A stretch of 64,000 nucleotides of DNA, from NCBI RefSeq assembly GCF_036321535.1, contig NC_087436.1:115570001-115634000 (forward strand). Reading direction: 5' to 3'. A program made the position numbers and the translations under genes. Position 1 is the first letter of the stretch; each line of letters starts with the position of its first letter. A model generated the notes under the pieces. It saw only the letters and a list, made by a program, of their open reading frames with translations, searched no databases and was not told where the DNA came from. This DNA comes from Camelus dromedarius (taxonomy: Eukaryota). Positions 24,901 to 38,496 of this stretch are shown here, piece by piece.

Positions 24901-27900
24901 CCTGGACTTCTCTGAACTGCTGCTGTTGTTAAGAATGTACGGATTGAGGAGTGTTTTCTCAAAGAAAGACTTGCCATATACACAAAATGGCATATGCCCA
25001 TTAAAGAATTAGACAGAATTATGGTCAGTCCTAGTGCAGCCATGTACCAGCTCTTTGAAATTATGCTAAGTATCAATCCTCTTTTAAACTCTTCATAAGA
25101 TTTTTGTGAGGATTAAGAAAGATATTAAATAAAGCACCTAAGATACAGAACACATTCAATACATGCTAATCTTCTTAAGAAACTTCTTACACATATTTCT
25201 TAATGTCATGCATATTTAAAATAAGTATTCCTAAAAAAAATCAACAGAAAATAGAAGAAGCAGGAGAAGATGATGAATGGATGTAGAAAAGCCTCCTGAA
25301 CACAGTGATGAGAATGTCAGAGACCACATATATATATTAAACTGCCCTGAAATCTCTTTGGGGGAAAATATATCACTGTGTGAATATAGTTGATAATGGC
25401 AAGCATCAGAGCCACCTTAATTGTGTCCTTTGCTACAGTGAAATCCATTGCATCCAAGTATCTTTCATTTATTCGTCAAAACTCATGTATCCAAGATACT
25501 TCAAGAGAAATTGTGAACATACATGGCATTGGGTGTATTAGCATTCAAATAGTCCATCACCCCCCTTTTGTTACCTTTTAATTCTTATATCCATTACACC
25601 ATAGGTGACTCTTGAAACTGAAGATGAATTTGTACAGAAGGTCAAGTATTTAAACAAAGAGCTTGTGCTCGCATTAGAACAACAGGCATCACTGCTTTGT
25701 AAATGGAGTTTAATATTTCTGAAAGGTGTCCCTTGAGGAGCAATGACAATGACCAAAACTAAGTTTTAACTACGTGGGCTCACCTAGAAAACTGCACGAT
25801 GGAGGCAGAGCAGTTCTGACTTCATTCCAGGTCATGATTTACGTGGCTGCTGCAAGCTGCTTCTCTTTGTACTCATCAGCCTTGTGTTTCCAACTACCTG
25901 TGCCCTGCTCTCAGTTCAGCTCTGATGTGCAACTCCAACCAACTTCATGATAAAATTCTCCGGGCTAACTTTTCTGATTCCTATCACTGATTGAGCTGAT
26001 TGTTATATCTGCAGAAACTTAAAGCCTTCTGTTAAACACAGCCTCCACTAAAGCTAAATTATACATACTTACAATCAAGTCAACTATATTGAAAACATCT
26101 TTAGTCCATTTATAAGACTCACTGCTTTCCAATTATTTTAATTTATTGAAAGTCTATGTACTCTACAAGGCATTATATGCAAGATGCAGAGGGGACAATA
26201 TATAACATCTGCCCTGAAAAAGCTTAGACTATCTTCTAGTGATGCTTCTCGAACTCTGGCTTGGTGCACACCTGAAATGCCATACGTTAATAAGGGAGAA
26301 GGTAGGGATGGATCCTACAGTCAAATAGATTTGGGGATCACTGGATTATACAAAGTAAACTATATTATTTTAATATATTTCATATATATGTATAAAAGTT
26401 ACTGTAGAACTTTTGTATTTATACAATAATGTGTTTTAAATTGCCCAAAAGGAAGTACAATAATCAATATTTTCAGATTTAGTCAAATATTAGGACAATT
26501 TTTGGCCAGATGCATCTTCTGGAGCTGAGGTTCTATAGGGTGTGAATTTGGGAAATAAAATGCTGCTGGGATAATGTGTGTACTCGTTTTGACAGCCCAC
26601 TTTTTGTCATTTGCTCTTCAATTTCATGCTGTATGATGGTGGAGAAAGGTCCAAGTCATTCCTGCCCACCCTTCTAACTTTCCTCTTGGTCAGGTCAGCT
26701 TCCTGCTAACAGAGGAAAACTGAACTGTTTCCAAAACACTGACAGGCAGGAGTCAACCCCCCAGCAGGGGAAATGACCTCTAGGTGCAGAGAGATGCTTA
26801 AAATAGACTCTTGTAAATAGCCATCAGACACTTCATTGTGAGGCAACAATTCATTCTCTTAAGGTATTTCTTGTAACAATACGTGTCCACAGGGGATTTA
26901 GTGTTGGTTAGAAAGGACAGGGGGAGTAATGAAAAAGAGTAATTCTACATAAATCAAGCCAGGGGCAAATGAGGGTGATGGACTTCACCAAACAAGGGGC
27001 TGGCAATGTTAAATCCTCTGAATTATTTCTTGCTGCACAAGCTTTTGTTGAGAATTTCTCTGAAAAAATTACTGCAGGTTATCACTGTTATCTGTGGATG
27101 TTTGAGACATATTTTATCACTAGAGGAGACAACTTTAAAGGTTTGGAAGAAAATTCAGTGGGCAGCCTTACATATCAGGGTTTTGACGAAGCAATATTTC
27201 AGCTTCTTAAGGGAAACCACTTCAGATGTGAGGTGATGTCACTTACACTGAATGCAGTGTTCTTTCTGGTGTTACACACCCGCACACGCACACATGCACA
27301 CACACACACACCAGGATTTAAATGCATGGCACAGTGAATTTTAATCTTTTATCAATATTAACATTCTGAGTATAAATAATAGATAATAGTAACTGGTATC
27401 AAATACAATAACATTATCAACTTTTCTTCCCCAATACATTCTCCCTTGGAAATCTCACATAATTGTTGCAGAATTCCTTCTTTTGTCATTGTGATGATTA
27501 GAATCAAATAGTTTTTTTTGACCTAAAGCCTTCTCTGAATCTGCTGGACTGCATTTCTATCTTCCTGCTAGGCATTATCCACCTGGATAATTCCTCAGTA
27601 ACTCAAACTCAACATGCCTCAAATTAGACTCATTAATCTTCTCTTTCCAAAATACTCCTATTTTCATATTTACCATTTACAAAAAAGACATAATTTTCTT
27701 CACTCCTCCTCCCCCCGAGTCAATCAAGTGCAAAGCCTTTTTCTTTACTTTCCGTATTTCTTGGACTCTTAGATGCTACCTTCACAATCCCATTAAAAAA
27801 ATCATGAACCAACATAAACACATTTGACATAAGAAAACAAAAGCTTTTCTTTGACTTAGGCATATCAACTAATGAGCATTTTTAGACTACTACTATGAAC

Positions 27901-28230
27901 TTGGTCATTACAAATCAGCTGCATGACCTCAGGAAAGTCACACAAACTCTCTGTGTTCCTCTTTCAAGAGGAAAATGAAACAAAGCAAAAGGAAATTGTA
28001 GCTTCATAAGGTGTATGGAGGATCCAAAGAGGTGACATGTGTAGGTTTGCTTTGCAAATCACAAAGCAATAAAAACATAAACAACTCAGCTTTTCTATTC
28101 TGTAACCTCACTAATACCATCTTGTTTAAACCTTGATGATTCCTTTTCTTCAAAAGTAGTGTTAATATTTTAACAGGATTTTCATCCAGGCTCTACGGAC
28201 TTTTGAGTTACTAAAATTAAGCTTTCACTT

Positions 28231-28747
28231 GGTTACCTAGCCAAACTTGTTCTGCTCACCACATGACAGGCCAGTAAATTGGGAGACAAGGTATTGGGGC
28301 AAGAAATAATGACTTTATTCAGAAAGCCAGCAGACTGAAAAGATGGCGGACTGATGTCCTAGAGAACCATCTTCCTCAAGTCAGAATTTAGGCTCCTTTT
28401 ATACTAAAAATGGGAGGAGGTGTGGTTATTGCAAACTTCTTGGTGTCAGAATCCTTTGTTCTTACAGCTGTCCACGTGGGTCAAGTCATGAGGTGCCTGT
28501 AAACCTCCAATAAAACAAATATTATTTTTTAATTCTGCAACTTGTTGTCTTTATATAAATGGGAAAATGTTAATATGCTTAAAGGTCAGAGCCTTGAGAA
28601 TGGGCTCTCCTGTCTATTTTAGGCTCTAGGCAACGTTCTTTTGCAAAAGGTGCAGAACCAGCAGGACTGAGCACAGGAAACAGAGCCCAGGTTCAAAACC
28701 CCAAGAACAGATCTAATATGGAGTCAGATTTGTTCTTTTCTATTATA
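28231..28747 (-). mobile_element. ERV1-type solo LTR (MER41-like)
   Basis: Aligns end to end with the LTR at 31194-31732. Near-TSD actt (28227-28230) / attt (28748-28751). Minus-strand TATA (ttttata) and AATAAA (tttatt) are present. Confidence 0.88.
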
Positions 28748-29519
28748 ATTTTGTTTATTTGCTCACTCAATTACTTCTTTACACACATGACTTTTAATAA
28801 AGACCACACGAGGCTGAACACTATGTCATGGGCTTGAAATACAGACAGAATCTGAGCCTTCTTATGTGAAAACACAGCGACTGCACATGCTATGGTGAGT
28901 TAACACAAGTTAACGGGGAAGGCAAGTCTCTCAACACAGGACTTGACACCATGCAGTTGGTGCTCGCTGACCGTCGGGTACTGTCCCTCCATTACTGCTA
29001 ATGGCCAAAGCCCACATTTCCTGGCTCCCTGCCTGGTTTTCTCTACATATAAAACACTGTCTTCCTTACGCAAACATTTGTTTCCCTGCCTTAACAGCTA
29101 AATGTCTATGATACATGATCATATCTAAGAATGTACATCGTGGTCCCATGGATTTCAATGTAGAATGAATAAACATTGAATGAATAAAACTTCCTTAATA
29201 TCACATTGATGTGAAAATAAATCCCTCTAAAGCTATTCAAAAGCCCTTAAGGCAGCAGGCTATCTGGGTACCAGGAGGCACCTGGCCTTCATATCAGCAC
29301 CCATGAAATAGAATAAGCCGTTCCACCTCTTTTCTCTCCCAGGCACTTACATTTCTCCAACCACTCATTTACATTACATTTCCTTTGAATCCGCAAGCGG
29401 TTTTCAAAAATAGCTCTTTTGCAGAAAGTAAATTAATCAGCGGACCTGCAGTTTTCACTGGGAGCAACACCACAAGGAACTCCCTGCATTTGTGAGCTCA
29501 CCAGTGCAGTAACCTCAGT

Positions 29520-29626
29520 TTCTCTCTCTGTCTCTATCTCTGTGTCTCTCTCCATTTTTCTGTCTTTCTCTCTGTCTCTCTCTGTCTCTCTGTCTCTCTC
29601 TCTCTCACACACAGACACACAAACAC
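29520..29626. repeat. Compound (TC)n/(TCTG)/(CA)n microsatellite
   Basis: Directly visible. Confidence 0.9.
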
Positions 29627-31193
29627 ATTCGCATTTATGTTCTATTGTGTCTCTGTGTATCCAAGGAAATTGGCTAAGTAAGCCTGTTGGTGATGAATCA
29701 CTGTGCAACTGCACTGCGAAGTTAGAATAGGATTTAGTTCAAGGATTCTTGCTTTCTTCATATTTGATTAAGTCAAACCCACTGCTTCGGTTCCCCATAG
29801 TTTCTTCTATAAATATGTGCCCGAAGAACAATAACACTAGTCATAACTTATAACAATCTGCCCCACAGACATCAGAATATACCTCATGTATAAATTTGGA
29901 ACATATGAAATTGCTGATGGCCGGCTGGTTTTGACATAGAAATAAGCAACTTCTACGAGTTAACCAAAAAGGACACGCCACAACTTTGTAACTGTTCTCT
30001 TTTCCCCTCCACTGGACTGAGTGCCCCTTCAGGGTAGGTATTTTGTCTTGTTCCCTTTTGTATGCAAGGCTCTGAGCACAGCACTTGGCGTAGAATAGGT
30101 GCTCATGACCGTTTGTATGGAAATACCTCTCTCCTAGAGAGTATGCATGTCGATTATGCTGGGTGATTGACAGAACACTCTTTGGTATAGATGGGGTGGG
30201 GACTATCAGAAAGGATAACAAGCTGTGAGTAAGACAAAACTTGGGTCAATAGACCAGATTTAGAATCCAGGCTCTACTCATTTCTAGTTCCAAGATCTAA
30301 GCAATTTCCTTTAATCTCGCCATCAAATCACAATTCTTATATCTGTCAGATTAAATTAATTTATATCAGACATTTACTGAGTTTATAATCTGGGACATCG
30401 TCAAGTTTTCCTGCATTGCCTTATTTAATAATCAACTGAATTAGTAAGAAATTACAGTTAATCCCATTTTACAGGTTGGAAGTAAAGTTCAAGGCTATGA
30501 AGATAGTAGAGAGTGCTACTGGCTTGGAGTGGTGTTTGTCCAGCTTCTAAAAGTCAGATGCCTAATCATTTAATTATGATTTTCTTCCCAAGCCCTAACT
30601 GGCAAAATTGAAATGAGAATCAAATAAGATGACAAATGCTCAAACACGAAAAATTACGAATAGTTACCACTGGTTGTACCTCTATGTTCATGGTCCACAT
30701 TGGACTCTTATATATATTTTATATTATTTAAGCTTAAACTATATCCTGATGTTAGTATTCTTCCCACCATTTAATGAATAGACTGAGACTCAGAAAGAAA
30801 TCACTGCCCATAGTCACCAGCTGACATGTCACAGTCTTAAAATCTTAAAAACCTATAAAATAGGAATGACAGGAGCTCTGTAATTTTAGGAATTAAATGG
30901 CACGTCGCACTTTGGAAACCTTTTGTATTATGCACATGGCGGGATGCACTTGCCATGATTCTCCCTGTCAGTGTGTCTCATCAGCCAGCAGGCATGTTAG
31001 CAAAACCTCCTTAGTTGGAAGAATATTTATTATACATGAGTCCATGTGGGCAATAAACAACTTTGAATGACACTGGGGATAAGGGGAAGATGATGTGTTT
31101 AAATGATGATAATGGCACAGTTTCTTCTGTTTACAAAAAGAAACTCGAAGCTGAACCTGTTGAAAAACAGAAAAATTTAAAACTATGAAGTTT

Positions 31194-31732
31194 TGTTACC
31201 AAGTACAAACTCGTTCTGCTCACCGAACGACAGGCCAATAAATTGGGAGATGAGGTGTTGGAGCAAGGAATTGTGACTTTTATTTGGAAAGCCGGCAGAC
31301 TGAGAAGATGGCTGACTAATATCCTGGAGAACCATCTTCCCCGAGTCAGAATTCAGGCTCCTTCTATACCAAAAAGGGTATTGGGTGTGGTTGATTGTTG
31401 CAAAATTCTTGGTGTAGGAATTCTTTGCTCTTAGCATCCTTTACTCTTCCAGCTGTCCACGTGGGTCAGGTCATGGTTCCCCTGTAAAACCTCCAACAAA
31501 ACAAAAATTATTTTCCATACTGCAACTTGTTATCTTTATATAAGTGTAAAAGTGTTAATATCCTTAAAGGTCAGAGCCTTGAGAATAGGCTGTCCTTTAT
31601 ATTTCAGGCTATAAGCAACATTCTTTTACAAAAGATACAAAGCCAGCATGACTAAGCCTTGGAAACAGGGCACAGGGTTAGAGCCAAAGGAACAGATCTA
31701 ACATGGAGTCCAATTTGTTATTTTCTATTACA
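31194..31732 (-). mobile_element. ERV1-type solo LTR (MER41-like)
   Basis: Termini are TGTTAC...TTACA with a perfect 4-bp TSD gttt (31190-31193 / 31733-31736). Same subfamily as the copy at 28231. Confidence 0.9.
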
Positions 31733-32469
31733 GTTTGAAGATTGAGCTTAGCTGTCTGCTTGAGAATTTGTGATTTGGAAGTAGCTGTTTTCAATGTCAC
31801 TGCTCAAGACATCAGAAGAGCGTGGCCAGCAGCACACACTGTAGGGGGCTGTACAAATGGGAGGCACCGGATGCATTCGCCCCCATCCTTTCTTTGGCTG
31901 CTTATAAGGAGGCTGTGTCTCTTCCTAGACCTCTTGTCGCTTCCAGCTCTCTGCTGTCTTGATAAGCTGTACGTTCACGCTCTGTCAGTGCACCCTCCAC
32001 TCTTGTTTATCCAAAGTCACCTACTTTAACACACTCTCTCAGATCATTTTCTCACCATTTATATCTAAGAAGCTTTGCACATCCAGGTGTGTGGATAAAA
32101 CTATTCTCCTCGGTCAGATAAGACTTTATTGTGTAGATCATGCTATACTCAGCGCAGCTATCTATTATTTTTGAGCTGTCTTGCTGATCTTTGTGGACAG
32201 GTCCTGGGCCCTCCCTGGTCGTCCTAAATACATCTGGATCCCCCTAAGCTCTATATGGGCTTTCACTGATGCTCTGCCCCCCCAAGTCATGTCGCTCAAC
32301 ATGCTCAGTCTCAACCCCCTGGATTATTTCTCAGATTTCTTCCCTGTACTCTACACGCCGAAAGAGTGGCAGCGTGATCTTCCCAGTTTACTACTGTGTC
32401 CTTAGGTCCCAGTCATATACAACTGACACCAGACTTCCACGAGCACATTGCAAACTTTGTGAATTAAGT

Positions 32470-32720
32470 TATTTATTTACTTCATGAACAAAATAAGTTT
32501 TTCACACATTTACTTCCATCAGAAGAGTTTAACCTCTATAGATGGTACTCAGTACAGGTGGGTTTAGTAGGCCTAATAACTCTACTTTTAGGTGAGGAAT
32601 TAGGGACTCACCAAGGTCAAATATTTCCCCAAGTTCACAGTCACATTGTTGAAAGGAGCCCGGGAATCAGAACTCAAGCCTTCTGCCTTGAATCCAGGGC
32701 TCTCCTTCTACTCCAGCCAC
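32470..32720 (-). mobile_element. MIR SINE
   Basis: Contains tttaggtgaggaattagggactca...cccaagttcacagtca...gaatccagggctct. Confidence 0.75.
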
Positions 32721-33692
32721 AGCAGGCAAGCACATTCATTGCCTTTATATTTAGTCTCCCTTCTAATTTAGGGACCTGTTTTCAGTACTGTACCTGGCAA
32801 TTTAGGTTACATTCACGGCTGATATATATTTCTAAATATATGCAGTAAATTTAAATGAATAAGATGCCTTGCTGAGTGGAAAATCTGGATTATTATGTCT
32901 CGAACGCAGATCAGCAAACCATTATATGCACATAAAAATAACCTTGGGGTGGTTAATATGAATAATGCCTTTTATCACCATTAAAGCAAGATTTAGATGT
33001 TTAGCCTTTTCTCACATAACAGGCTGTTCATTTTAGTGCAGAAAAACTCTTAATAAAAAAGATTAGTGAGATAAATAGGTTTCTTTTTATATACAGAATT
33101 TTTTCTTCTTTCTGAAATTATGTCTCCTGAAAACTCAGATGTTCTCTTTGCCATAAATTAAAGGCCACTCCTTGGCACAAAAGAGAGGACAAAACAGGTG
33201 CATTTAACAAGAGGAGATCTTAAATATTGATCCTATTAAATACTCTTGTCAGAAAGTTTCCTTATTAACTTGCCAGAAGGTAAAATTAAATCTCTAGGAG
33301 GTCTCTTTTCCTATACATAGTATGTCAGCTGGTAAACATATCTAACAATATATATGACCTGGGTTCAGCCAAAAAAATGGAGCAGTAAAAAATAAAAGGA
33401 AGTAGAAAGCTTTCCTTTTTCATTTAAGACTCGAATAGGACAGCAAGTTTGATTCGAATTGGTACAATCTTCTACAAAATTCAAATTATGTGTTCGATGT
33501 GAGGCAGAATCCTTGATTGCCAGCAATTCCCTTCGATTTAATTTCTCCTTGGGCGTTAATGCTCAGATCCTTTGGCTTAAGACCACTTGCTTCCTAATAA
33601 AAGACAGATGATCTAGAGGAAGAGGCACATAATCTTGGCCAGAATGAGACGTCTTTGTCCCCAGGCCACTCAAGCGTAAGTGCATTAAGTAC

Positions 33693-34160
33693 TGCTGCTG
33701 GCCAGTCTTCAGGGTGGTTCCTAGTGATGCCTGCCTCCTGGGAGTGCCCTCCTCCACTGGACTGGGCTGACCTGGGTAACTAGTAACATATAATGGAAAT
33801 CAGAGGCTATGGCGTTTGAGGCTAGGACATAAAAAAATACTGTGCCTTTTTTCTTGCTCTCTCAGATCATTCTCACCAGGAAAAGCCAGTCACCAAGTCA
33901 TGAGGATGCTTAGAGAGCACTTGGGTTCATACGGTGAGGACCAAGGCCCCCTGCCAACAGCCATGTGAGGCACCATCTTGGGTGTGCATTCTCCAGCCCC
34001 AGTCCAGTCTCCAGATGACTGGAGACCAGGTCAACATCTTGACTGCAACCACATGAGGGACCCTGGGTCAGAAATACTCAGTTTACCTTCTCTCAGATTC
34101 CTGATGCCCAGAAACTGTGAAGTAGTAAATGTCTACCATTGGAGCCACTAATATAACCAT
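33693..34160 (+). mobile_element. ERVL-MaLR LTR (MLT1F-like)
   Basis: Contains ccccctgccaacagccatgtgag..ccatcttgg..ccagccccagtc..cagatgactg..caacatcttgactgcaacc and cagaaactgtga, typical of MLT1F. Confidence 0.8.
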
Positions 34161-34859
34161 TTACAGGGCACCTTTGTTACTAAGCCCTCACTTTTGAAAG
34201 AGCATAGAATCACTATTATTACCCGTTGCTGCAAATCAAGAAATAAGCCCGAAAGTCTCGTTGAGTGACCCGATGTCACATGGCTTTTATATGGTAGAGT
34301 GAGAACCCGAGCTCAGGTCTAGAGAAATCTAAAATTATTATTTTTTTTCTATCAAATCAAATTCAAAGATTTCATACTCAAAGTTCAATTCAAGCAGTTA
34401 ACACATAGACAAAGCAATCTGACTGAACTCTCAGGTCCGACTCCCATGTGCTTCCTAGTATCCTGCAGGAAGGAGACATCAGGGCTCCTGGAGGCAGGAA
34501 CTCATTCTCCCAGATGCCTGGAGGCCAGCCTGAGGACAGACCACATCCAAAGAGCAGTCAGTGTGAGGGAAAGGAGGGGGTGAACAAAGGCACAGCCCCT
34601 TTGCCTCAATTGAAGACTATGCTTCAGGTCCAAACCTGCCCCAAAACTGCCTGCAAGCTGAGCTAAGACCCTTGCGGGACTATCTGGTCCCCCTGCTTTC
34701 ACCTCCTCAACGTTGGTGTTTGTAAGAGCACTTTTCAACAAGCTGCCTGCAAACAAATTCCTATTTCAGTCTTTCTTAAATAAACGTTACAGTCTGTCCT
34801 GCTTCTCAGCCCATTGCCTTATTGTTGAAATGACTGATCCAGCCTAGAGATTTTGAAGA

Positions 34860-35045
34860 TACTGATGCTCGTGGGATAGTCCCTGAACCGGCACAGTAGT
34901 GTCATCTGAGAAACAGAGAGAAATGCATATTCTCTGACCTACCCCAGTCCTGTTGAACCAGAATCATGAGAGGTGGAGACCCAGTTTGCGTGTTTAACAG
35001 ACCATCCATGTGATTCTCACATACCATAAAGTGTGACAACCATCG
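34860..35045. mobile_element. hAT-Charlie MITE (MER5A-like)
   Basis: Contains agaaatgcatattctctgacctacccc...gaatca...tttaacagaccatccatgtgattct...aaagtgtgacaaccat. Confidence 0.7.
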
Positions 35046-35799
35046 GTGTAAGATTTATTCCAGCTTTTAAACAACTTGGCCTTGTGTTACTGTCATATAA
35101 GTGTCCTCAGCTGGTTGGTCCAGTCTCAGTAGCATTAGATCACATCTAATTTGAGTTCCAAACATTATAAAATCAGGTTACAATTCAGCAGTTGTTGTGT
35201 GTAGGCCATGGGCACCAGATTCTAAATGTTTGCAATGTTGCAATAAAGACAGGTTTATTCTAATCAGGCTGGTGGATACAAAGGGGTATAAACTTTGGAG
35301 TCAGGGGTGGCTAGTTTATAATGCCATCTTCACAATTATCATGATGTATAAGCTTTCAGAGGTCATTTCAACTCTCTGAGTTGCAGTTTTCTCATCTGTA
35401 TAATGGGTTTATGTGTTCATGCACTGACTACAGAATTGCAGCTAAGATTAAATAATATAATCTGAGAAATAAAAAATCTTGGGGTCATATAGCTTATGGG
35501 GTCTGGCAATTTGCACTGTATAAATAAAGACAAGACTATAATCACTAATGCTTATATGTACTGAGTGAGTACTATGGTCTAGATGACTAACAACAGTATA
35601 TAAAGTACTTGTCTCATTTGATTTCTTATAAGGAAAGCATGGTTTATGTGGAGGGAGAGGAATTGATTACAAAGCTTATACCTGTCAGATCTACTAATTC
35701 AACGTATGGAATTTATTGGCAGAGTCATAGTTGAATCACTGTTCTCTAGTACCCTTCTCATCCTTCTAAACTAAGGAGTTTAAGAATTTATTGATGATA

Positions 35800-36105
35800 A
35801 TAACTGAGAATACTAATAGTTAACACTTTCATAGCGTTTACAATGTCTATAAGAGGCTGTTCCAGGTAAGTGCATGTGTTTGTGTGGGTATAAATAAATA
35901 ATACAATATAATTATATATATATATATATATATCATTAGGTGTTAATGTTAGCCTACATTCATAGATGGGAAAAAATAGAGCACAGAGAGGTTAAGTAAC
36001 TTACCCAAGGTCACACAACATTGTAAGAAGAAGAGCTGAGATTCAAACCTCAGTAGGCTTGTTTTAGGGACTCTGAGTGTCACCGTTGTGAAATACTGCC
36101 TCTCA
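35800..36105 (-). mobile_element. MIR SINE containing a (TA)n tract
   Basis: Contains gagcacagagaggttaagtaacttacccaaggtcacaca, a well-preserved MIR core. Confidence 0.85.
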
Positions 36106-36559
36106 AAGATAACACATTGCTGACATTATCCCAGATAAATGTACAGACATTGGCGTTTTATTAGTTATCACCTCGGTGCAGGGTAAACTGATCATCTGAT
36201 CCTGATGTGACAGGTTGAAATACTGTGAGTAAGGCTTTCAGGGTTTGTCCGAAATCAGGAAAGTGGTATCATGGTGAACATGATCAGCAGAACCAGGAAT
36301 GGGAATTTGCATAAGAAAGTACAATAATAATGATAAAGTACCCCAAATTTTGAAGTCTTGGAACATAGTCCAGTTGATATGAACCCCACACACTAAGTAA
36401 TCATGAAGGTGGATGTGATAAATATCTTTCATTGTTTATCTTTTATGCTTGGCTGGCCAAGTCTTTTCAAATTCCTTTTCATATTTGGATGGTTTCTCAC
36501 ATTAAGAGGTAGAGCCTTCTGCCAACCAAAGGCAACAGCAATGATAACAATAACTACCT

Positions 36560-36925
36560 GGTTTCTCAGATCCCTTTGCTGTGGAGGTGCCAGACTCTGA
36601 CCTAGGTTCAGCCAATCCGATGACTCATGCCAGAGAATGATGAGGAGGAGAGAAACACGAAGCAGTGTCCACTAATGGGAAGAGCGTCCTTTGGCCAGAG
36701 TGTCAGAAGGGGCAGTTGTAATTATAGCTCTTCCTAGCCTATCTTAAATGTGGTCAGCAGCAAAGAGTAGGTGATGATGACAGTGGTGTTTGCACCACCC
36801 CAGTTCCCCGACGTGTGGGGCTTTGTTCCTTGGCTTCATCGTCCTGACTGGTAGCATCCAGCACTGGAGGTCCTACAGATTCCCTCGTGCCTTTAATAAC
36901 TGCTTTCTGGTTGAACTAGCTAGCG
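36560..36925 (+). mobile_element. ERVL LTR (LTR16-like)
   Basis: Contains cagatccctttgctg...gacctaggttcagccaatc and a 3' end ctttaataactgctttctggttgaactagctag. Confidence 0.55.
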
Positions 36926-36928
36926 TCC

Positions 36929-37255
36929 TGTGCCACTTCACTGCTGCTACGTCGTGAAACCCTCCAAGTACAGTGGTTTAAAACAGTATTTTGCTGTTTC
37001 TCAGAGTTCTGTGGCTCAGCAGTTCAGGCTGGGCTCGGATGATAGGTTCCTTCCCTGGCTTTGCCTGGGGTCACTTTTGTGGCTGCACTCATCTGAGAAC
37101 TTGAGTTCAAGTGGATGTTCCAAGATGGCCCCATGTACTTCTGGCAGTTAGCTGGAGCTCTTGGCCGGATGGAGCATCTAGCCCTTAAGACCTCTTAAGG
37201 CCAAATCTCAGAAGTCACAACCGTTGCCTCCCCTATTTCTATTGAAAGCCGTTGA
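36929..37255 (-). mobile_element. ERVL-MaLR LTR fragment (MLT1-type)
   Basis: Contains cagtggtttaaaacagtattt..tttctcagagttctgtggctcagcagttcaggctgggctc..ccaagatggc. Confidence 0.65.
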
Positions 37256-37299
37256 TGAGTTATGAAGTCAAATCTTGAGTATTTTATGGTCTGAGTAAG

Positions 37300-37720
37300 G
37301 AGACATACTCTTAAAATTAATTATAAACAGTGAAATTGTCTATGATAGAAGTAAATATTAAGAATGACAAGAGCACAAGAAATAGTGGAGAGGATCTGAG
37401 GAAGACAAGGAAACTTGAAACTGAAAGGTGTGTGTATGTGTAGAGAGACCTGGAAGGGGGTCATTATAAACACCCCTGCTTTGCTGGAGTGGAAATCACG
37501 TGGGAGGCTGCAGGAGGTGTAGCTGGAGGGAAAAGCAAAAGCAGGCTCACAAGGGTCCTTCGGAGTCAGGCAAAGGAGTCGTGCTCTATCTTACAGGCAG
37601 TGGGTGGACAACGAGAAATTTTAATCAGTGGTGAAAACTGGTGACATGTCTGCTTTAGGATGATCACTCTGGCAACCAAGAGGAAGAGCGATGGAAGAGC
37701 GATCTGAAAGCTGGAAGACC
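37300..37720 (-). mobile_element. LINE-2 fragment
   Basis: Contains aaggagtcgtgctctatctt..ggcagtggg..ttttaatcag..gacatg..ggatgatcactctggc. Confidence 0.6.
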
Positions 37721-38334
37721 TTGCATACCCTGGGGCTAGCCCAAGGGCATCTGAGAGCCTCTGACAATGTGTGTCTCTGGTTTTCCTTATATCAAATTTT
37801 CACCCTGAAACACTGCCCACTGAAATATCATTAAGGGACTCTCATGCATATTAAATAACTCACAGTTGGAAATGCCTGGATATTTTAAGGCAGGCTATTT
37901 GATTTGCCTTTTTCTAGTCTGCAATAAAATAAAAAATAAATGGCTCCTAACCTGTGCCTCCAGCACTCCCTCTATACAAACCAATCTCAATTTAGACTAT
38001 TAGGTCAAACTGACTTCTATTCAAAGGCTAATTCTGAACTGAAGCCTGAATCTACATTTCTTGACAATACAGGAAAAAAAAAACAAAACCCTGTGTAGGT
38101 CTAAATTTGTCACCCATAGTCTCGCGTATTCTGTCATTCTTACTGCCTATTCCTTTACTATATGGTGTGAATCATTATTGGTAATTACACATTTACCAGA
38201 AGATTTATTTATGGTCTGTTCTCACCACCAAACTGGGTGCCCCAGGAGCATCAGCCGTACCTCTCTCATTTGTGGAAATCACGTTGCTTTGCACAGTGAC
38301 TGTCACATAAATAGCAACAAATCGCTAGGTATTA

Positions 38335-38496
38335 GATAAATAAGACACGAGGCTTCAATGTACAACACAGGGAATGTAACCAACATTTATAATAACGCTA
38401 AATGGAGTAGAATCTATAAACATATCCAGTCACTATTTTGTACACCTTAAACTAATGTAACATTGTTAATCAACTATATGTCAATAAAATAAATAC
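38335..38496 (+). mobile_element. 5'-truncated LINE-1 3' UTR (artiodactyl-type)
   Basis: Contains tgtacaacacagggaat...cactattttgtacaccttaaactaatgtaacattgttaatcaactatatgtcaataaaa; related to the 3' end of the L1 at 45124-46566. Confidence 0.8.

Noticed and set aside
25605..25640. Possible 36-nt coding exon (atag|GTGACT...CAGAAG|gtcaag; VTLETEDEFVQK)
   Set aside because: The donor is weak, the polypyrimidine tract is mediocre and I do not recognise the peptide. It cannot be supported without conservation or RNA data.
26969..27337. 122-aa ORF in unique sequence
   Set aside because: No recognisable domain or exon boundaries, and it runs through a (CA)n repeat. The length is within chance expectation.
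28231..31732. Single provirus bounded by two LTRs
   Set aside because: Each LTR has its own TSD, and the intervening DNA has no PBS or gag/pol-like sequence and contains older MIR/L2 remnants.
31838..31851. CTCF-like site actgtagggggctg
   Set aside because: Three mismatches to the CCASYAGRKGGCRS core; not distinguishable from chance.
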